This document shows positions 56,380-64,000 of a stretch of 64,000 nt of DNA, piece after piece. How positions within the stretch are numbered: position 1 is the first letter of the stretch; each line of letters opens with the position of its first letter. Origin of the DNA: Salpingoeca rosetta (taxonomy: Eukaryota > Protista > Choanoflagellata); the NCBI GenBank assembly GCA_033442325.1, contig JAWQFM010000020.1:352645-416644 (forward strand). Direction: 5' to 3'. The translations under genes were made by a program, and so were the position numbers. The notes under the pieces are model-generated. The model did not search any database. It was not told where the DNA came from and saw only the letters and a program-made list of their open reading frames with translations.

Positions 56380-57607
56380 ACAAACGCCTGCGTTTCTATG
56401 CCTCATTATCTTTCTTTTCCGCCGCCGCCGCCCCCTCTCTCTCGCTGTGTGCGCATGCGTGTTGCAGACAAGGACACGCGTTCGATTGCGCTGCAGTTTG
56501 CGAGTCTTGAGACGAAACTCGGCGAGATTGACCGTGCCCGCGCCATCTACTCGCACGCGTCGCAGGTGGCTGACCCGCGGTCCGCCAACAAGTACTGGTC
56601 TGCCTGGAACGATTTTGAGGTGCGCCACATTGGTGTTTGTTGTGTTTTGTTTTGGGGATGAGGGGTGAGTTGTTGTGTGCACATGTGGCACCTGTCTGTA
56701 TGGTCGTGTTGTGGCGTTGACATGAGCACGACGTGTCTCTCAATTTGGAAAGTCGAGGCCACACACGTGTTCACCCGTCTCTTATTGCGCCCCTCCCACC
56801 CAACACACATCCCATGATCAGGTTCGCCACGGCAATGAAGACACGTTCCGTGAGATGCTTCGCATCAAGCGGAGTGTGGCGGCGCAGTTCAACACTGCCG
56901 CCAACACGTCTGTGTTCCGGGCCGCCAGCGACGCCAGCAAGACGCGACCCAAGACGACGGCGGCACAGGACAACGCCATGGCCGCTGCGGAGGAAGAGGT
57001 ATGCGGGTGTGCGGGTGTGCGGGTGTGCTGTGCTGGTGTGCTGCATATTCGTTTGTATTTGTACGTTCGTCTGCAACTGTCGCGTTTTGTGTTGCTCTGT
57101 GCTTGGTAGCCTGTTTTGGTGTGTCATTGTGTTTGTTGTTGCATGTATTGGAGTGTTTCTGCTTCCCCCTCCCTCATGTATGTTGCTGTGCTGCGTCGTG
57201 TTGTTGCGGTAACAGGCGTCACGCAAGCAAAGCGCCAAGGAAGGGCTTGCTGTTAAGTTTGTTCGCTCCACCGAGGAGAAGAGCAAGAACACCGATGAGA
57301 TTGCCCTTGACGACGACGACGACGACGACGATGATGAGGAGGATGCGGACGTGGCCTCGGGCAAACCACGACAAGGTGTGTGTGTGTGTGTATGTGTTTC
57401 AGAGTGTAGCTCGCAGATGCGTCGAAGTGTGTGTGTTCGTCGCCTGCGAGGTGCTCGAGTCAGCCCATTGCACGACCTCACCCCTCCCCCCTCCACTCCA
57501 TCGTCATCATGGATATCGTTGCAGAGATCCAAGAGCGGCCTGTGCCGGAGCAAGTGTTTGGTTCCCTTGTGGGGGCCAAGGCACGCTTCCAGCAGGCGAG
57601 CGAATGA
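50339..57607 (+). CDS. XAB2: Pre-mRNA splicing factor SYF1/XAB2 (HAT/TPR repeats), about 20 exons
   Basis: FEEDILRNPYSVKHWIR; SYKLWYRYL; MHK|MPRIWLEY; ITQHHRIWPLY; RRPLLLSSVLLRQNPHNVDEWLKR; SLKLWSMYADLEESLG; KLGEIDRARAIY; HGNEDTFREMLRIKRSV. Confidence 0.97.
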
Positions 57608-57894
57608 GCACCGTGCAGCACCAGCCACTGCGCTCATCCACATGCTGCTCCCTGCTGTTTGTAGTCGTGGTTTGTTCGTTTTCGCGTGTCTGTGTTTGTG
57701 TGCGTGTGTGTTCGCGCGCGTGCGTCTGTGCGTGTTGTATGCGTTCATCATGGTTCATTCAACGTGCAATACCACGTGGCGAAACAAATACACAAGTGTA
57801 TCTTGCACAGCAAGGGCTCACTTAAACCAGAGAGAGGATAGTCAATCGAAAGGGGACGAGACAAAGTGGGGGCGGAGGCGCCGAAAGCTTGGAT

Positions 57895-57954
<60 letters not shown>

Positions 57955-58570
57955 ACATCTGTCACGGATGACAATGACGAACGCTGGCTCATGCTTTTGG
58001 TGTTTCCAGACGATGATTCGTGTTCACAAGGCGAAGAAGGGACGCAGATGAGCAACGTCACGGCGGGCAGGACAAGGCAAGGAGGGGGGAGAGCACACGT
58101 GCTGGGCCACACTCAAATCGAAAAAAGGAAGAAAGAAAGAGGACGGAAAGAAGAAGAAGAACAAGACGCAAGCAGGGGAGGCAGGCATGTTCTTGGGTCA
58201 GAACAGGATCAGGTCAATCATAGAGAGTCAAGTGGCAGACGTAATCCATTACGGGGATCAAACACACGGAGAAAAGGACTTGCAAAGAGGAGGCTGGGGC
58301 GAGGCAAGAGGGGCGTGTGCGTTCGTTCAATGTGGCCACGGCAACAAGGAGCAACAGAAGGGAAGAGACTGCACCGCACATCAGAGATTGCAGAATAACT
58401 GCGCGCGACAGGCACATGCAAAAGAAAGCACAGCCCGACACATACGACACCACGACACCACGAGTCATTGGTGATGATAATGACCATGATAGTGTTGTTG
58501 TTGATGATGAAATATCAACCATGTACGAAAGTGCGTGTGCAGGCACACACACACACACACTTGAAGAAAC

Positions 58571-58651
<81 letters not shown>

Positions 58652-58924
58652 CGAGGGTAGATACACGCAGTGCAGCAAGTCAAGGCGTGCGCGACTGTGA
58701 CCATCAAGAAACACAGAGGGAGACGAACCAAGGGGAACGCCAAAGGAAAAGCGGGAAGAGGAGAAGGAGGAGAAAGGAAAGGGGGGGGGGGCCGAACCTA
58801 GTGTAAAAAAGCAAAGAAGATGTACGTGTGAATGGCGTCACAGGACAGCAACATGGGTGACTTGTGCAACGATGCACGTAACGACATGGAAGCAACTCAT
58901 TCAGGGTTCCCATCGCAGCCATGG

Positions 58925-59707
58925 CTACGAATGCTGCAGTTGCTTTGACGCGGATGATGACGATATGGGTGGCGGCGCCTGGTGTGTCAGTTGTGATTGA
59001 CACGTTTGCGACGGGCGCTTCGGTGTCAATGTGGGTGTTGCAAGCGGAGACATGGTTGCGTTGGAGAGGGTGGGCGACACGGACGCTTGTCGACAGACGT
59101 CTTGCTGGTCATCCTGGGTCCGCGGCTCATCATCTCCCTGCTGCTGCTGGTGGTGGTGCTGCTGGTGTTGTTGTTGCTGATGCTGCTGTGGTGCGACGTG
59201 TTGCTTGCGCAGGCTGTGGGCGAGCGCAGTGATGGCCTCATGCATGCCTGCCCGCTTGCATTGGTCGAGTGCCTGGTCGATGGGGACCCACTTTCTCGTG
59301 CGGAAGTTTGCCTCTGGCCACTCATCAAGCATGCTTGACACCTGCAGGGCAAAGTAGCGATGTCTTTGGGGCCCGCTCTTGCCCATGTACTCACAGTCGA
59401 CCAGGCAAGCGCCGACTGCGCCAAGGACGCCGGCTTCCTCGTATGCCTCGCGTGCGGCTGCCTCCGTCTCTGTCTCGTCGCGCTCCCAGCCGCCCTTGGG
59501 GATGATCCACTTGTCCTTCTTGTGGTTTGTGATGAGCATGACCTCTGGGGTCCCTGTGTGTGTGCGGTAGGGGACGCATCCGGCGACGAGGCGTGTGCCG
59601 TTGCATTCGTAACGCTGGTTGTCGCGGCCAACGCGAGCCGGTGGCTGGTCTGGAAACATGCAAGTCGCCAGCACCTTTGCCGTGGCGCTGGTTGTTGTGG
59701 TCGTCAT
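58925..59707 (-). CDS. Diphosphoinositol-polyphosphate phosphohydrolase-type Nudix hydrolase (DIPP/NUDT3/Ddp1/Aps1 family), apparently single exon
   Basis: ARVGRDNQRY...RLVAGCVPY...WIIPKGGWERDETETEAAAREAYEEAGVLG...WPEANFRTRKW. Confidence 0.92.
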   Translation of the reverse strand: MTTTTTSATAKVLATCMFPDQPPARVGRDNQRYECNGTRLVAGCVPYRTHTGTPEVMLITNHKKDKWIIPKGGWERDETETEAAAREAYEEAGVLGAVGACLVDCEYMGKSGPQRHRYFALQVSSMLDEWPEANFRTRKWVPIDQALDQCKRAGMHEAITALAHSLRKQHVAPQQHQQQQHQQHHHQQQQGDDEPRTQDDQQDVCRQASVSPTLSNATMSPLATPTLTPKRPSQTCQSQLTHQAPPPISSSSASKQLQHS

Positions 59708-59946
59708 GTCGCTTCTTGTTGTAGTCGTCGTCGTCGTTGTTGCTGTTGTTGTTGGCGGTTGTAGGCGTTTCTGTTGCTGTAACAAGAGGAGACCTCACGT
59801 GGACGACTGGCTGATCAAGTCGTGGGCTGCGGTCTGGAGCGTGAGCAGGGTAATACAAGTGTGTTTATGTGTGTGTGTTTGTGTGTGCGGGTGATGCGAA
59901 AAGTGCATGAGATGTGAATGGCAAGAAAAGAGCATGCTCGTGCCAA

Positions 59947-60030
<84 letters not shown>

Positions 60031-61040
60031 CGTATTCATGCACGCGCGCACGTACACATTGACGTCGCGCACGAGCAAGGCATGCGCTTCCCCCGCCCCT
60101 CCATCCACCCCGTTGTCTCCCTCATCAAACCAAAACAAGCACCACAAGCAAGGCCACAAACCGCGTTGAGTCGTTGGGTGTGATCGCTGCTGTTGTGGGG
60201 AAGTGCGTGACGTGATGATGTGATGTGATGTTGACAACGTGCTTGAGGTGTGAGAGCAGAAATAGACTGCCCACCGCAAGAAGAAGACTGGAGGTACTTG
60301 TGTGGGGGGGGGGGAAGGAGGAAGCGTGGGAGTTGTAGGATACGTGGATGATGAGAGAGGGAAGCAAAAGAGTGATGTGTGATGACTGCCGACCGGCAGA
60401 CGTTGGTTGGTGGATGACAGGCACGGGCGCGCGGTTGCTCACTCTCTCGTTGGCGCCACAAATGACCACCACCAACAACAGGGCACACCAAGCACAACCG
60501 AAGGAGGAGGAGAATAAGAAGAAGAACAACAACGCACACAACACAAGAAAAAAAAATTTCCAGCACCAACACACGCGCGCACGTCGTTGCCTCGCCATTC
60601 GTCCTGCCTCCCAAGGGAAAATTGGCCAAATTTTCAACTGATTTGTCTATTCACCGATGTTGCGAGCGCACATGACGAAACGCAAGTCGCCCACAAGAGG
60701 CAAGCAAGAAGCAAGGAAGACAAAAGTCACGCACGCATCCCCTCACAACACACACACTCTCTCCCTTCTCCCCCCTCTCTCATCATTCTCCTTGTCTGTG
60801 TTGGTCGGTAGTCCACTACTGCAACAGTCGCATAGCCAAAACAAAGAAGAGCCACTCCATCCTCATCCCAACCCTGCTGGTACAACCAAAAGAAAACCAC
60901 AAAAACAAACCACACAAACAAAACCACACAAACTGTGCCGAACAAAGACATGTCAAATCGCACGCACGAGCCAGCCTATCGTGCTGGGTATGACACGATG
61001 ACGTAGCACATGCACCCTGCTTCGGTTGCTACCTGCACCA

Positions 61041-61936
61041 TCAGAGCCAGGGGGCGTCCACTGGAGACAGGGAGCCGATGGCGTGGTGGTGGTTGGCAAC
61101 ACGCATCCAGTGGTGCACCACGCGGCTGCCTCGCACGTGCATGAGCGACGAAATGCTGGCCAGAATCTTCTTCTCGTTGTCAGCGATGAGCGCAAGCAGG
61201 GCCTTGTTTGACAGCACGTCTGGGGTGAACGGCGCAAGCGACATGGAGCTCCAAAAGATGAGGTGATCTCGCAGCATCGCCGTCAGGAAAAAGTGCAGCT
61301 GCAGGTGACACACGGCAGTGGTGGTGATGGTGGTGATGGTGGTGGTGGTGGTGAGGAGGAGGAGGTGCACGGTGGGGGAAAAGCAACTCAAGAGAGGGGA
61401 GCGTAAACACCCTTTGAATGCATGTGGAGTCTTAACACACCAATGGAAGAGAGCAGACAATGCACCGTTGTAAACAGCGAGTTCAGCGACACAGGCAACA
61501 AACGCCGTGAGCACACAACGAAGCAAAAACACCCTCATTGCAGACTCGCCAACCTTGAACTCAGTCTTGGAGATGATGGATGCAAGGGCGTGGATGCACG
61601 CGCAGAACGGGATGAAGATGTTGCGGCTGCCAAGCAGCGTGGTGATGTTTGGCGTGATGCGCGGGACAGCCGGTGCAAGCAACAAGCCAGTCTGCCGATC
61701 AACTCTGTTGTGCGTGGAAGCGCAGAAGGGAGGGGGGGGGTTGGCGTGGCGGTGGTGGTGGTGGTGGTGGTTGCAGTTGTGGTGGGTCAGAGTGTGCCAC
61801 AAACGATAGGGCAAACAGCGCAGCTCACACTGGGGCAGACGTAGAAACAGAGCTATAAACAAACAGACAGACAGACAGATTGGCAGAGAGGGGCACACAC
61901 GCACACAGACAGACAGACAGACAGACAGACCGACAG

Positions 61937-61982
<46 letters not shown>

Positions 61983-64000
61983 CAGAAACAAGTAAACAAA
62001 GCACGTAAACAGACGCACTACGCACCGCTGGTCGAGGCTGTAGGGCTCAATCTCGCCCGTGGGCAAGCAAAAGCGCATGGTCTCTGGGCCAGCAAGCTTG
62101 AGCGAAAGCACAAACCACGTGAAGCAGTTCACGGCAAGGTGCGACTGGAAGTGCTTGCGGAAGAGCCAGAAGCCCGAGAGGTCCGGGAAGCGGCGCAGGG
62201 CGTACTGCTGCAGACAGTAGTTTGGCACAAAGCGGCGCGCTACCTGCGCATACGCGTCCTCCTTGAACGCGCGGTCGAATGGGCGGCCAGTCTTCAGGTG
62301 CTCAATGTACAGCTCGAGCAGCCGCTTGACAGGGTCCTCCCGGTGGATGTTGTGGCGCGCGCGATACACGTCGTACACCGCATCCAGCGACACAATGTCG
62401 TCCTTTTTCTGTTTGAGGGAAAAGGATGTGCATACGTGTGTGTGTGTTTTGTGCGTGTGTGCGTGTGTGCGTGTGTGTGCGTGTGTGTGTGTGTGAGGGA
62501 GAGAGGAGAGGAGCGGCGATGCAACAAGCTAACGGCACCACGAAAACAAGCGAACAAGGCGGCTACGAGCACATGAACATGTTCATAGACGCGCACCTCA
62601 GCCAGGAAGACGCCTCGTGAGAGGGTCCAGATGCGAGGGAGGTACATGACCAGGCCACGCTCGCGGGTTTCCTTGCACCGGGTGTACATCATGTTGGTGA
62701 TGCGCAGGAGATGCCGAATTCGTTGTTCTGTTCGGCCGTCGCCGTTTCGCAGCGAGAACATGTGTTCCTACACGCGCACATCCACACAAAGGGGTGAGAA
62801 AAGGTGATGCTGAAATAGGGAGGAGAGCGCAGTGCACGCAAATACAAGCACGTGTACCCAGCAAGTCACGCCACGTGGGCACACCGCCACGTGAGCATAA
62901 AACATATACACACACATACACACACATACACACACACATACATACATACATACATACACACATACATACATACATACATACATACATACATACATACATA
63001 CATACATACATACATACATACATACATACATACATACATACATACATACATACATACTACATACACACACACTCGTAACAGACCTTGCCGTCTGAGCCAC
63101 GAATCCAGATGTGCATGGCGTACTCTGGCCCTTCAACAGATGTGGCCACAAACGGAAGGAAGCGGTCAATCTTGATGGAGTTTTGTCTGCAAGTTGCGAG
63201 CAGAATCACCGAGCGTGTGAGGAAAACAAGGGACAGACAATGTGAGACACAAAAACCATACGCCTCCATCCCTTTCAATGATTAGCGGAAACAGAATTGA
63301 GGTCAGGACGGCCACAGAAACAAAACGAAGCTTTACTACCACACACACCCCGCTTCGCTGTCACGAGTGCTTTCGAACGTGCAGTGCTTACGGGCTGATT
63401 TCGGCGCCGAGGAAGTCGTCAACGTGCTGCCCGGGCACCTCCAGATCACGCAGCTCCAGCCCGGGGGAGCTCAGGAACGTCGAGTACTGCACGCCCCGCA
63501 GCAAAAGGTGAAGAAGAAGAGGGCGTGGGAGGGCGTCAGCGAGTGGTATGGTTTCAGAGATTGGTCGAAGGGGAGGTGCGGAGCAGCAGCCGACACACAG
63601 CACAGAAAAAGCACGAACGTATCTACGCACAGGCACATAGACACAGACACACACAGACACACACACACAGACACACACACACACACACACACAAGATCCG
63701 CAAAGAGAGGATACCTTGGACAGCGTGCTAAGGACGCGATTGCGGTGCTCGACGAGCGGACGCAGCATATGCAGGTGGTACAGCAGGGACTTCATCACGT
63801 CAATCGACCCCATGCTCAACATGGGACGGAGCACCGTCTCGGAGAACGCCGGGTCGAGGCGGCGGAAGTGCGCGGCCTTTCGCGTCAGCAGCGGGCCAAT
63901 GTCCGGTGTGTGCTGGCTCTTGAGCGTCTCAAGTGTCACACCATTCTCAATGTGCGCAAAGAGGTGGCGCAGGTGGACAACAAACAGCATGGCGCATGCG
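61041..64000 (-). CDS. TRRAP: TRRAP/Tra1 C-terminus (PIKK pseudokinase + FATC), multi-exon; 5' part lies outside the window
   Basis: LEVPGQH; IDRFLPFV...IWIRGSDGK; RTEQRIRHLLR...KETRER; FWLFRKHFQSHLA; VPRITPNI; ends ...DAPWL* (cf. TRRAP WHPWL). No catalytic DFG is seen. Confidence 0.88.

Noticed and set aside
57860-58900. Possible extra gene between XAB2 and the DIPP gene
   Set aside because: No recognisable protein or consistent splice pattern; probably UTR or intergenic.

Overview
A 64-kb window of intron-rich eukaryotic DNA with (CA)n/(TG)n, (CAGA)n and (GA)n microsatellites in most introns. Gene content and style point to a choanoflagellate such as Salpingoeca rosetta; this is inferred, not checked against a database. 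Most entries in the ORF track are microsatellite or antisense artefacts. By joining exons manually I support 15 protein-coding genes: MIOS (-, partial, with a 1358-bp tandem exon duplication), a secreted bacterial-type metzincin protease with PPC-like repeats (+), UBR7 (-), a BT1 folate/biopterin transporter (+), NUDT9 (+), UQCR10/QCR9 (-), PIGK/GPI8 (-), AAGAB (-), a UBXN10-like gene (+), a GH16 glucanase (-), a PLXDC/TEM7-like receptor (+), a tandem otopetrin-like membrane protein (+), a small UBA+UBL gene (-), XAB2/SYF1 (+) and a DIPP-type Nudix hydrolase (-), plus the 3' end of TRRAP (-). The standout is a 586-nt segment at about 46181-46766 that interrupts the otopetrin-like coding sequence. 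It is about 49% GC, has no microsatellites and no credible ORF, and is predicted by eye to fold from end to end into about a dozen helices with a pseudoknot. It is a candidate large structured RNA or unusual intron-like insertion. There is one 100-N assembly gap.
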